A stretch of DNA of 64,000 bases from Phallusia mammillata (Eukaryota), in the NCBI GenBank assembly GCA_965637545.1, contig OZ281497.1, forward strand, positions 14,446,001 through 14,510,000, written 5' to 3'. Below are positions 39,976 through 51,865 of the stretch, in pieces; the stretch's first letter is position 1, and every line of letters begins with the position of its first letter. Below the pieces are notes generated by a model. It was not told where the DNA came from, searched no databases, and saw only the letters and a list, made by a program, of their open reading frames with translations. The position numbers and the translations under genes are program-made.

Positions 39976-42900
39976 ATGCTATTTTTTTATCCAGTAAACG
40001 AGGTTACTTCCACGGCCACCAACATCGTCGTTTCTGTTTTTATCGCAATTTTCTTCGTGGTGGGATCAGCGGGCAACATTCTTACAATTGTGGTGATTGC
40101 CATAAACAAGCCACTGCACACAATCTCCAATACATTCATACTCAGTCTTTGTGTGTCCGATTTGATTTCGGCAACAATCTGTTCACCACTATGGCTCTAC
40201 AGACGAACATGGGGTTACGAAAACTGGAAAGCGGGAGAGTTTTTATGTAAGTTTACAAAATGCATTTTTGTTTAAGACGATTGCCAGAAAGACAAATTAC
40301 AGAAAAAGAGACTTTAGAATCGTGACCATTCACTCGCGCGCCAACACGACGAACATAAAACCAGATGTTCTAATGCCGATTAGCTTTCGCTCACTTTTAC
40401 ACCGCCGAACTACGGTTTTTACCATTCAACGTTTTTGTGCCAGTGTCTTTCTCGTGTTCACTCTCTTGGTGTTATAAGATCGACTGTAACTGACATTACA
40501 CTGATGAAACGTCGAGAAAGTCGATTCAGACGCTGTCCCCACGTAACGACTCGGTACTGTGCTTTAAAGCATTTCTATTAGCTGGTACACAAATAACTAC
40601 CGTTTTTAAATTCACGAATAAGTGCTAAGGAAATTCAAATTTTCTTTTGACAAAAGGAAGTATTAATATGACGTAGCTCTAGCAAATTTGGCAAAATTTT
40701 CAGTGATGAAGAAAACATTGACAGGAAACGGTAAAACAACTGTCCAATTTAAGGAAATATTTACTATTCAAGGACAGTAAACAATCGCTAAGCGCACGAC
40801 GTCCACGTAACAAACATAAGTGCAATGAAATCTTTACAACCTTGTCAATCTTTGTATCGTAAACCTGCACCGCAAGATTTTTTGGAAGGTTCGGGTTGTT
40901 TTCTAATGTGTGAAGGGCGCTTTCGAGTACAAGCATATGGCGATAACACGAAACCGAAATTCTTTTACAGTTTCACTTTATGCTCGATTGTAATTTCCCT
41001 GTTTACTTGTAACCGAAAGCTGGTTGACTTCCGCAGTCATAATCAGTGAATAACATGTAGCTTGGTGATTGATGGTGTCTTGGGATTATTCCAAAATTAG
41101 CTAAAATCAGTGGATCTAAACATTTAATTGCGGCGACCCCACTATACTAGGCAAATAATAATAACAAAGCTGTCAAAAAAGAGTTACGCGCCACTATTTC
41201 TATAGAAATAGTACTATTTTTATATTTGTGGTACTATTTTTATACCATATATGGTGCAGTGGTTTAAGCGACCACTTTCAGTAATGTAAACACAAAAAAT
41301 GCGATAGTTAGAGTGGGTATAGCATAGCCCCACAGAAACTTAAAACACAAATACTAATTAAAATCATGCTATTAAAAACCTTGTGGTAACGATATCTATT
41401 GGTGTTGCATTGTGGCATGGAAACACAGACATTTCTGATCAGACAAAACAAACGGTAAACTGATAAATTTGACAATATCGATTATTACGATTCCATCATC
41501 ACAGATGGCTCTCTAACCGTGTTGGTACAGTGCACGACAAACATATACACCCGTTAGTCACGTTAAACTAGCGATTCGCAAGCCAACAAAAACACCAAAT
41601 CTGTTCAGCGGAAATGCCACCTGTAAATCGCTAAATGTCCCGTATAAAATCAACAAATTACTGTAACAAATAATGTCGTGCCTGGTTTTATTTTACCTGT
41701 TATTTTGTCCACGCTTGGGCCATTTTTTATTTCCGGTTTATGTCCGCTTAGTAAGAATTTTTGTATTCGTCAAGCATGCATTTATTTCTTGCAGGCAAGT
41801 TCTACTGGACAAGTGATTTCACGACGAGCTATGTGACTTCATTACACATCTTCTCCTTTGCCGGGTTGCGCTTTCTCGCAGTTAAACGCCCATTTATGGT
41901 CCCGAAAATTCAAATGAGGGTCGTGTTGATGTATATATGCTGTCTGTGGCTTATTGCAATTGCTGTCGCGATTCCGATGATGACCTTTGTGGGTGTGTGT
42001 AAAGATGGGGGTAAGGCGAAAAATGTGAATACATGCTTTCGGACATACATCCTTATCTACGCTATTATTCTTCGCATAGTTTTTGTCGAAAATGCTTCTA
42101 GTATAGTTTCTTTGACACTTAGTTAAGTTTTTTTGTAAATGGAGGTTTTAGGGTAAAGGTGGAAATGCGACGTTTCTTCATTTCAAGCTACGAGTAATTT
42201 GATTACGATATAAGGCAAATTTAATAGAATGTAGTTGCACCTTCAACATTATTTTTTTAATTTAAGCGAAATACTTTTTAATCCTGAAACCATTGATCGC
42301 AACTAAAAACTAGTGATGAACCGGATCGGCTAAATTTCGATTCGGCCAAAACCGATAATTCGGCCGAATCAACCGAATCATTTATGACGTCACGCTAAGT
42401 GGTAGGCTACGCTTTTGACATGAAAACATAAGTTTATCTATCAGGCAATTAGTGCAGAATGGTTGTGTTTCGTCCTCATTTTAGTTCTGTGGGGTTTAAC
42501 ATAGCCTTAAGCATAATTTGCCGCCCGACAATGAATTACTGATTAGTTGTCTGCAGATGGAAAAACGATAATGTGTCAAAAAATACAATTATTTACGGGA
42601 TTTTCGTTGGTACAAAGCAGAAGAGACACGCTTAACGCTTTAAATGTGTGTTCGTAAAAGATTCGGTTTCGGCCGATTCGCAACAAATTATTCGGCCGAA
42701 ACCGAATCTTTGCAAAAGTGGCCGATTCGGCCGAATAAATTCGGCAAACCGAATATTCGGTTGATCTCTACTAAAAACCGGTACATGTTATAGTTAACAG
42801 AAAGTATGGTTCAAGTTGGCCATCGTGTTCGATCATCGATAGACTTGATTCTAACGATAAATGTTGCGTTGAGCAATATCACATCTACATGGCCATTACC

Positions 42901-43646
42901 AGTCCCATCTTCTTTTACGCTCCGGAGATGCTTGTTGTGGTTTTCTCAATTTTAATTGCAAAATCACTGATTCGAAGGAGAAGGTACGCTCGTGTTCTTT
43001 AATTGATCTGACTTTACATCTAATGACAATTCCACGCATACACGAAAGTATATGCATGGATGGTCTACAAGTACAACACCATTTCGCTTTATTTTGTAGA
43101 TGGCGGCAAAGGCTTCGCCATCCGTTTCAGTGTCCCAGTCCCACTGGACCGGATCCCAGTCCAACAATTCGCGGTCCCGTGGACAACAACAATCTGCCGG
43201 ACATTGTTGTCGAGGCTAACAGTAGTCAAATGGCGGCAGGTCAGCAGGTGGTCACAAGCGTTGAAGATATTTCACCGATCGGGCATCGGTACGCAGTTTC
43301 GAAACTAAACCGCACAATGTCTGAACCGTCGCAAAATCAGCACCGGGAAACGCACTACAGTAATTTGCAGAAGGCCTTTTTGCAGCTGAGCTTAATAGTG
43401 GTCTCTTTCGTTATCGGTTACATCCCAATGACAGTTTACCTGCTTTGGACGACATTAAACCAGAACATTGATGCGGCTGGGACCGATTATTGGTTCGGTG
43501 TTGCATCTTACTTCTGTCTTCGCTTTAGCGAGTGCATGAACCCACTGATGTACAATCTGGGTTCAACCAACTTGAACCAGGCATCGAAACGGTTGCTTCG
43601 GCGAATCTTTTGCCGCCAGGAACGTCCACATTTTACTGTACATTAA
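39976..43646 (+). CDS. Orphan class A (rhodopsin-like) GPCR, peptide-receptor-like, 4 exons; start codon uncertain
   Basis: TM1 GSAGNILTIVVI, TM2 LSLCVSDL, ECL1 W..GEFLCK, TM3 end AGLRFLAV, TM5 IFFYAPEM, TM6 SFVIGYIP, TM7 SECMNPLMY; exons ~39976-40248, 41795-42010, 42799-42983, 43101-43646. Confidence 0.85.
42311..42770. mobile_element. hAT-type MITE in GPCR intron 2
   Basis: Imperfect TIRs TAGTGATGAACCG / CGGTTGATCTCTA; perfect 8-bp TSD CTAAAAAC; sub-terminal arrays of TTCGGCCGAA/CCGAAT repeats. Confidence 0.85.
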
Positions 43647-43991
43647 ATAAACCTCTTGTTCTCTGTGAAGTTACGCAAATCGGGCGTAAATACCTCAAAA
43701 TCTTTGAGAAAGCAAACGTGTCTTTTGTTGCTAAGTAACAATCGTGCGAAACGTATTTGCAATATCGCCATTTATTTATATTTAAAACATGTTTGCTGAC
43801 TAAACGAAACGCGGTTTTGTATGATATATAGCAATGTGTCGATAATTTTATATATTTTAACCACTGTAATAAAACGCGGAACTGCAGTAAATTGATTAAA
43901 GTGCCCCATGATCGAAGTTAGCTAGAAGAGTCACGCGTCTCCGAGATCAACGTTTTCAATATCCGTTTCCACACACCACGTCTTGTGATAA

Positions 43992-44067
43992 TAATCGGAT
44001 TAATAATAAGTTGACTTCCCGTGGGCGAGTATAAAAGCACCAGGAACCAAATGAGAAGTCATCAGTT
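43992..44067 (+). promoter_or_regulatory. Core promoter of TYRP copy 1 (homeodomain site, TATA, Inr)
   Basis: TAATCGGATTA 43992-44002, TATAAAAG 44030-44037, AGTCATCAGTTG ~44057-44068; arrangement conserved upstream of copy 2. Confidence 0.6.
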
Positions 44068-44355
44068 GAATATTCGACTCGACCAAGTCAATAGTAAAGT
44101 GCGAGAAAGTAAAAGGAGTTTTGCTTTGTGTTCAAGATATGCCATTATATTCTGAAGAAGGCGTCTTCTATGCGACGGCGAATCGTCGGTTATTTCAAAC
44201 AGAAATGGTAAAATGCCATGTAGAATGTTTGTATGAACCAAACAGATTTCAAATGCAATTTAATGCAATTTAAAATGCAATTAAAATAAGGCCTGGCTAT
44301 TAATGCAAAATTTATCTATTCAGATTTAAATTGAATAAATTATTGTCTCATTGAA

Positions 44356-46817
44356 ATGAAAAGCCCGTGCAGCATCATAATCATAGCCTTTATGGCAATC
44401 TTCTGCAAGAAGGTGAGTGCTCAGTTTCCTCGCGCTTGTGCAACGTTTGAGGCGATCGTTTCCCACGAATGTTGTCCGCTTGTGGGCGGTATTGGGTCTC
44501 CGTGCGGCGAAATTGAAGGTCGAGGATCGTGTCAGAATATTGCAATTGATGATCTGCCACACGGTAACCAATATGTTTTGGTTGGAATTGATGATCGCGA
44601 AAGATGGCCAGAACGCTTCTTTAACAGGTTTGTGCCACGGCATCATACATTTCCATGATATACATAGTACTAATAGTGTGTATTATGTACATACAGATCC
44701 TGTGTTTGCAATGGAAATTTCGGCGGATTTGATTGTTCCGGATGCAAATACGGTTGGCAAGGCGACGATTGTCAACAACAGAAGCCGGTTACCGTGCGAA
44801 AGAACATTTTAAATATGACCACTGACGAGCGCAACACCTTTCTTGACATTTTGGACCAGTCAAAAACTGCTGTGCATCCAGATTACGTTATTGCCCGGGA
44901 CCATTACAGGTATTTCGACAAGCAAACACAAAACAACAAAAATATTCGATTGTTGTCTTTTCAAATAGAAACATCCTATTTAGCAAAACACTTTTACAAA
45001 TGCTAACGTATTTTTATTGTAAGACATCAGATTTTAGGCATAAAAATCTACCTAAAAATAACAAACTCAAGAGAAGTTCCGTACAGTGATACTTTTTCTA
45101 ACGTGCTTTCCCAAACAGAAATCTCATTCCTGAAAATGGCACTCAACCCAACTTCATCAACGTTTCCATCTACGACCTTTTCGTCTGGGTTCATTACTAC
45201 TCTGTGCGTGACACACTTCTCGGTGCAGGTCAGGCATACACCGCCATCGACTTCTCACACGAGGGGCCAGCTTTCCTGACATGGCATCGAATGCATTTGC
45301 TCGGTTTCGAAGCTGATCTTCAGCGTCTATCGGGGGATCCGACATTTTCTCTTCCATACTGGGACTTTGCTGTTGGAGGTAAACTGTCATATTGCTTTGC
45401 AGTTGATGGAAGCTGCTGCAAATTATAACGTAATGCATAATGATGCCCAACTTAAACTCTGTGGCTTAAATGACTTAACACCAGGAGTGTTTTTGATGAA
45501 ATAGTCAAAATATTTTTCAATATTTTACAGGTTCTGAATGCGACATCTGTACTGATGAGTTACTTGGTGGAAGAGATCCAGCCAATCCCAATCTTCTCAG
45601 CCCCAACTCAAGATTCGCTGATTGGGATGTTGTTTGCCTCAGCCTTGATTGGTTTAACGACAATATCAAGCTGTGCAATGGGACAGCTGAAGGTGAGATT
45701 TCATTCCTTATTAAATTTAAGTAAAAATAGGCATGTTAACAAAGCGTCTATTTTTCGTTAGGACCTATCCAACGTAACCCAGGAGGTAACACCGATCGTC
45801 CAGCCGTTCAGTCTCTTCCCAACCCCGAGGACGTTGCAAGATGTGTCCAAGTTGATACATACGACACTCTTCCCTTCTTCTCTGATTCGGCCGGAAGCTT
45901 CCGCAATGCACTTGAAGGTAAAATAATCCTAAACGTTTCTTACATAAAATGTTGTTGGACGGGAAATTTCGGCCGGACCTGCAATTTCAACACGAAACGG
46001 GATTTGAATCGTAGTAAATGTGTTGATTGGTTTAGGTTACTCTGAGCCTGATGGCGAGTTCGAGATAGGAGTTCGAACTCTTCACAATCTCGCTCACTTG
46101 TTCTTGAACGGAACTGGAGGACAAACTCATGCTTCAGCCAACGACCCGATATTTGTTCTCCTGCACACATTCACTGATGCCATATTCGAAGAGTGGATGA
46201 AACGGTTTGAACGTTGTTGGTTGCAGAACCTTACTAAGAAAAAACAAAAATAACCAAGATCCTTCTATTTGCATTTTACACGTAAACCTATTGGTCAATA
46301 TATGCATTTTCATGTAAAGTGTTGCTAATTTGTTTGCAACTTGCAGATCTAATGCGACAACAGCTGATTATCCAGTGGAAGATGCACCGATCGGGCACAA
46401 TCTGGACTTTAACATGGTCCCATTTTTTCCACCTGTAACAAACCGAGAAATGTTTGTCCCTGCTGACCAACTTGGCTACAGCTACGCCGCCGAATTTCCA
46501 GGTAAGCAGAATAGTTTTGTATTTAGTAATTGTAAGTATTTCTACGTGACGTTTTGGACCACAGGTTCCGATTTTATAAAACGTATACGTTGACTTAAAA
46601 AACGTTTTTTTTTCATATAAAAGATGCAGAATCCTTGGAGTCAGAGCCATCTTTTATCTGGGCGATTGTCGGCGTTTCAGCCTTTGTTGTCCTGGCGGCA
46701 CTGGTCGTCGTTCTGGTCAGTTCGTTAAAACGTTACCGCCAAAAGAAGAAGGAAGACAGTCTCTACCAAAGTCTCATTGAAGACGATGCGAACAAAGGCG
46801 TCAAATATACAGCATAA
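44356..46817 (+). CDS. Tyrosinase-related protein (TYRP1-like), copy 1, 8 exons
   Basis: Signal peptide; [21 protein letters not shown]; metal site A VWVHYYS...[17 protein letters not shown]; metal site [31 protein letters not shown]; TM segment and cytosolic tail; stop 46815-46817. Confidence 0.92.
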
Positions 46818-48534
46818 CATAAATCTTGTCATCACAAAACAGAAACGCCCAATTTCTCTGTTATAAAACGCATATTGTATGTTGTCACAAAATAAATTTA
46901 ATGATAAAATGTATGAATAGGAAATGTTATTTGATGCATGTTTTGTGTCGCATTTCGAAATGTTTGACGTGCTTATTATGATGTGCCTATGTTTTTGCTC
47001 CAAATAAAACTTGCTTGGAATAAAATGGTGGTGTCCAATCAGTTGTTATCTTTATTTGTATGTGCATTTTTTATAGTTTAGGCACTTTTAATGATTAAGT
47101 TAATTGTATTGAAACATTGTGAGGACCAGGATCGTTCACAGTTCGAAACTATATATCAACTTAGAACATGTTTTATTTCCGCAGAACACCCTAAACTAGT
47201 GGACATAACATTTTAATATTCATACTATACGCCAGTGCTGCGTAAGGGCGCCACGAAAAAAGTTAGGGAAGCACTACAAAATACGCATGTGAAAAACATA
47301 CTTTGCCAGTAATGTCTCTATTTTTCCTTTGCTGTGAATTGACACTTTACTGCACAATATTTTCGCCATTCCAATAGATTTGAGGCTTGCAACAATAAGT
47401 ATTTGTGAAGATAATTTGCTAAGTATGAAGATGTTACCGAGTATCACAAGATATAAGTATCGCAAAAATTTAACATCAACTTTACTTCCACAATAACTTG
47501 CATGCCTGTGTGTCATTTATTGACAAACCCTGTATTAGGATTTGCGACGATAGACCTCTATGAGTGTTTTCTCGCCTTTCATTGACTTAAAAAAGAATCA
47601 GAACGAAAAGTTAACAACATAAGGGTAACTTTATTTAAACGTAACCACAAGATTAACAGATGAATATTCTCATTTTCACACACACATATGCATAAACAAA
47701 AGTTTTCAAAATGCATGAAGGGTGCCGTATAGTAACCGAGGTTAAGAACCTCAAGATTAATGCGTCGAACAATTTCACCCATGTTGTATAGAACATGGTT
47801 TAAAGGTAACAAGGTATTTTCTTTCAGCACAGGTGTTAAAAATATATGTTAAACAGCGGTTGTAGTCCCTGTGCCCACACTTAACACGTGAACCTTTTTC
47901 CTATATAATGTCGTTTTTCATAACCTTGTTTTTTTGTTTTCGTTTTGCCTATGATTATACGTTTTTCTGTAAAGCGCTCCGTCTGTTCATTAGCACATGA
48001 TTGTGGAATTTTTCTATAAATCAAAGTCTCATCGATCTACTTTTTACTCTCGTCTGTTCATTACTTTTTACTCAAGGGTCAGAGGATTAATTTCAATTAT
48101 TAAATTAATATCTACGTTTTAGGTTATTATGTGTACCAGAAAACCAAATAGACAGAAACAAATAAAAGGATAATTAACAAAAAACGTGGTATATTACATT
48201 TGAATGTTCATAGTGACCATTTCATTATCGCGTCTGTGCACAAATAACAAACATAGAAAAGGTTCGGAAACATATTGATAATGCCTGAAACTGATTTGTT
48301 ACCCGGCAAAGTAAAAATAATGTAGACGAACACGTATCTACTATAATGGTCGGAATCTTAACCGCGTGAAACAACTTGTCACGACAAACAAACAGCCCAA
48401 AACAAAATGTCAATTTTCGATAGTTTGGTTTCAAACTGAAATGAACTTTCGATTTTTGGTATAATTGGTGGTTTTGGCCTTTAATGTGAGGCTATGTACA
48501 AAACTGCCTTTGAACACAATGAATGCTACCAGTG

Positions 48535-48850
48535 GAGACAAAGACTTATAAAGTTGGTATCACCCCTGAAGCGTCGATGCAGACCAGCAATCAAGGCACA
48601 CTCATATAGAAACCATAGTACGCCAGGCCTATTGAAGGCGTAATACCGAATCGGCCGTTCACCAAGCTTTCCATGTGGCAAAATTTAGCCTGCGCTGGGA
48701 TTCAAACTCACGACAGGAGTTATTCCGGGACTCGCGCTCGTGGATAACCCGGCGAAAGTTGAATCACAAGCACCGTTGCCTGCCTCGCATGCTGCACATG
48801 TCAGCTTCGTAGTAGGGGATCGCCCAATCGGCCAGTAATCATGCTACAGC
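48535..48850 (-). mobile_element. Putative tRNA-derived SINE
   Basis: GC-rich island in AT-rich spacer; minus strand has A-box-like TGGCCGATTGG (~48824-48834) and B-box-like GAGTTTGAATCCC (48697-48709). Box spacing is unusually long and no TSD was identified. Confidence 0.4.
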
Positions 48851-49085
48851 GGTGTAGAATTGTTGCAGATTAAAGTCCATTCCAACAGTCCGAAAACTAG
48901 GTTTCTTCAATTACGTTTTTCCCACCAGAATAAAAGTTAGTGCACTAAGCATGCTTGTCATGTTCAAAATGGTAAAACACATGGGTAACATCTCTTGATA
49001 CTCAGCCCTTCGTTTTGTTATTGCAGGAACGTTTACATATTTTGATTTGATGTCTACTCAGCACGAAAGTGTTCGCACTGGCCAA

Positions 49086-49284
49086 AGTCACGTGTCACTA
49101 AAATTCTCATTATACCCCAATAGTTTGACATCAATCCGATTAACTTACTATTAAATATCCGTTTCCTACTTTGCAACGCCGCTTGCATTGGAAGTCCCGT
49201 GACAAAATCGGATTACGAATCTATACTTGACATCCCGTTTACGAGTATAAAAGCAGAAGCGACCCACAGTAAAGTCATCAGTTG
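49086..49284 (+). promoter_or_regulatory. Promoter of TYRP copy 2 (M-box-like E-box, homeodomain sites, TATA, Inr)
   Basis: AGTCACGTG 49086-49094; AATCCGATTA 49133-49142; AATCGGATTA 49206-49215; TATAAAAG 49246; AGTCATCAGTTG ~49273-49284. Confidence 0.6.
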
Positions 49285-49472
49285 CTCGATCGCCCTCGAT
49301 AAAGCAGAAGGTCCTTTCAACTAATAGCTGTGCATGGTCAGTGACATGCAAGTTGCAAAAGAAAGAATGTTAAAACAGTTACATCAGAAACATAAATGCA
49401 AGAGGTGACTTTTGTCTGATGACAATTTTTGTTTTAGGTTTTAGAATTCGTTATAACGTACAACTTAACACA

Positions 49473-51865
49473 ATGGCAAATCTGCTTGCACTTGTTCCTT
49501 TCGCTGTAGTGGCAATCTTCTGCCATACAGTGAGTGCTCAGTTTCCTCGCGCTTGTGCAACGTTTGAGGCGATCGTTTCCCACGAATGTTGTCCGCTTGT
49601 GGACGGTATTGGGTCTCCGTGCGGCGAAATTGAAGGTCGAGGATCGTGTCAGAATATTGCAATTGATGATCTGCCACACGGTAACCAGTATGTGTTGGTT
49701 GGAATTGATGATCGCGAAAGATGGCCAGAACGCTTCTTTAACAGGTTTGTGCCACGGCATCATACATTTCCATGATATACATAGTACTAATAGTGCGTAT
49801 TATGTACATGCAGATCCTGTGTTTGCAATGGAAATTTTGGGGGATTTGATTGTTCCGGATGCAAATACGGTTGGCAAGGCGACAACTGTCAACAACAAAA
49901 GCCGGTTACGGTGCGAAAGAACATTTTAAATATGACCACTGACGAGCGCAACACCTTTCTTGATATTTTGGACCAATCGAAAACTGCCGTCCATCCAGAT
50001 TACGTTATTGCCCGGGATCATTACAGGTAAATATAAACTCTTTTACTGATTTTTTTCTTCAAAACATCCCCCAAAGAAATATTATTACTTGTTGTGGCCA
50101 AATTATCAATTCTTAATGGCCTATTTTCAAAAATATATGTCATCGTTTTTCCAGAAATCTCATCCCTGAGAACGGCACTCAACCCAACTTCATCAACGTT
50201 TCCATCTACGACCTTTTCGTCTGGGTTCATTACTACTCTGTGCGTGACACACTTCTCGGTGCAGGTCAGGCATACACCGCCATCGACTTCTCACACGAGG
50301 GGCCAGCTTTCCTGACATGGCATCGAATGCATTTGCTCGGTTTCGAAGCTGATCTTCAGCGTCTATCTGGAGACCCGACATTTTCCCTTCCATACTGGGA
50401 CTTTGCTGTGGGAGGTACAATAACCCATCTTTGGTGGTTCTCGTTAAACAATCACATTTGGTAGTTAGAAGAATAAACTTTAACAAAACAAAAAACAAAA
50501 AAACTTCAACAAACACGTAATAAGTTATATAGCTTTTTTACAAAATATATCTTTTTACAGGTTCTGAATGCGACATCTGTACTGATGAGTTACTTGGTGG
50601 AAGAGACCCAGCCAACCCCAATCTTCTCAGCCCCAACTCAAGATTCGCTGATTGGGATGTTGTTTGCCTCAGCCTCGATTGGTTTAATGACAATATCAAG
50701 CTGTGCAATGGGACAGCTGAAGGTGAGATTTCATTCCTTGTAAAGCAGTTTCGTGTCATAAAAATAAGCGCTCCAAGTAATATTTGTTTCTACATTAGGA
50801 CCAATCCAACGTAACCCAGGAGGTAACACCGATCGTCCAGCCGTTCAGTCTCTTCCCAACCCCGAGGACGTTGCACGATGTGTTCAAGTTGATACATACG
50901 ACACTCTTCCCTTCTTCTCTGATTCGGCTGGAAGCTTCCGCAATGCACTTGAAGGTAAATAAAGTTTAAAATTAGATTTAAATTTGGTTTCGATTGTTCA
51001 AAGTTCCAAGCTTTCATTTCAACACATCAGCGCAATGTCGTTACTTAGACTTGGTAAAAATTATGTTTAGGTTACTCTGAGCCCGATGGTGAGTTCGAGA
51101 TTGGAGTTCGAACTCTTCACAATCTCGCTCACTTGTTCTTGAACGGAACTGGAGGACAAACTCATGCTTCAGCCAACGACCCGATATTTGTTCTCCTGCA
51201 CACATTCACTGATGCCATATTCGAAGAGTGGATGAAAAGGTAACATTCAGAAGTGATGTCAGAAACTGTTGATGTCCTTGTAGTTCAAACTAAGTCAAAT
51301 TAAAACCAACATTCCAACTAATCTAAAATATCCATTTTAATAATTTGTCTTTTGAAATAACTCATCTGTATTTAAAAGTCTTGCTAATTTATTTGTAACT
51401 TGCAGATCTAATGCGACAACAGCTGATTATCCAGTGGAAGATGCACCGATCGGTCACAACCTGGACTTTAACATGGTCCCATTTTTCCCACCTGTAACAA
51501 ACCGAGAAATGTTTGTCAATGCCGACCAACTTGGCTACAGCTACGCCGCCGAATTTCCAGGTAAGCAGAATAAATTTTGGATTTAGTAGTTGTAAGTATT
51601 TCTGTGTGACGTTTTGGAGCACAGGTTCCGATTTTCCGTTGACTTAAAAAACGTTTTTTTTTATATAAAAGATGCAGAATCCTTGGAGTCAGAACCATCT
51701 TTTATCTGGGCGATTGTCGGCGTTTCAGCGTTTGTTGTCCTGGCGGCACTGGTCGTCGTTCTGGTCAGTTCGTTAAAACGTTACCGACTGAAGAAGAAGG
51801 AAGATAGTCTCTACCAGAGCATTATCGAAGACGACGCGAACAAAGGCGTTAAATACACAGCATAA
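49473..51865 (+). CDS. Tyrosinase-related protein (TYRP1-like), copy 2, 8 exons
   Basis: Same exon structure and motifs as copy 1, nearly identical mature protein, different signal peptide ([22 protein letters not shown]); stop 51863-51865. Confidence 0.92.
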
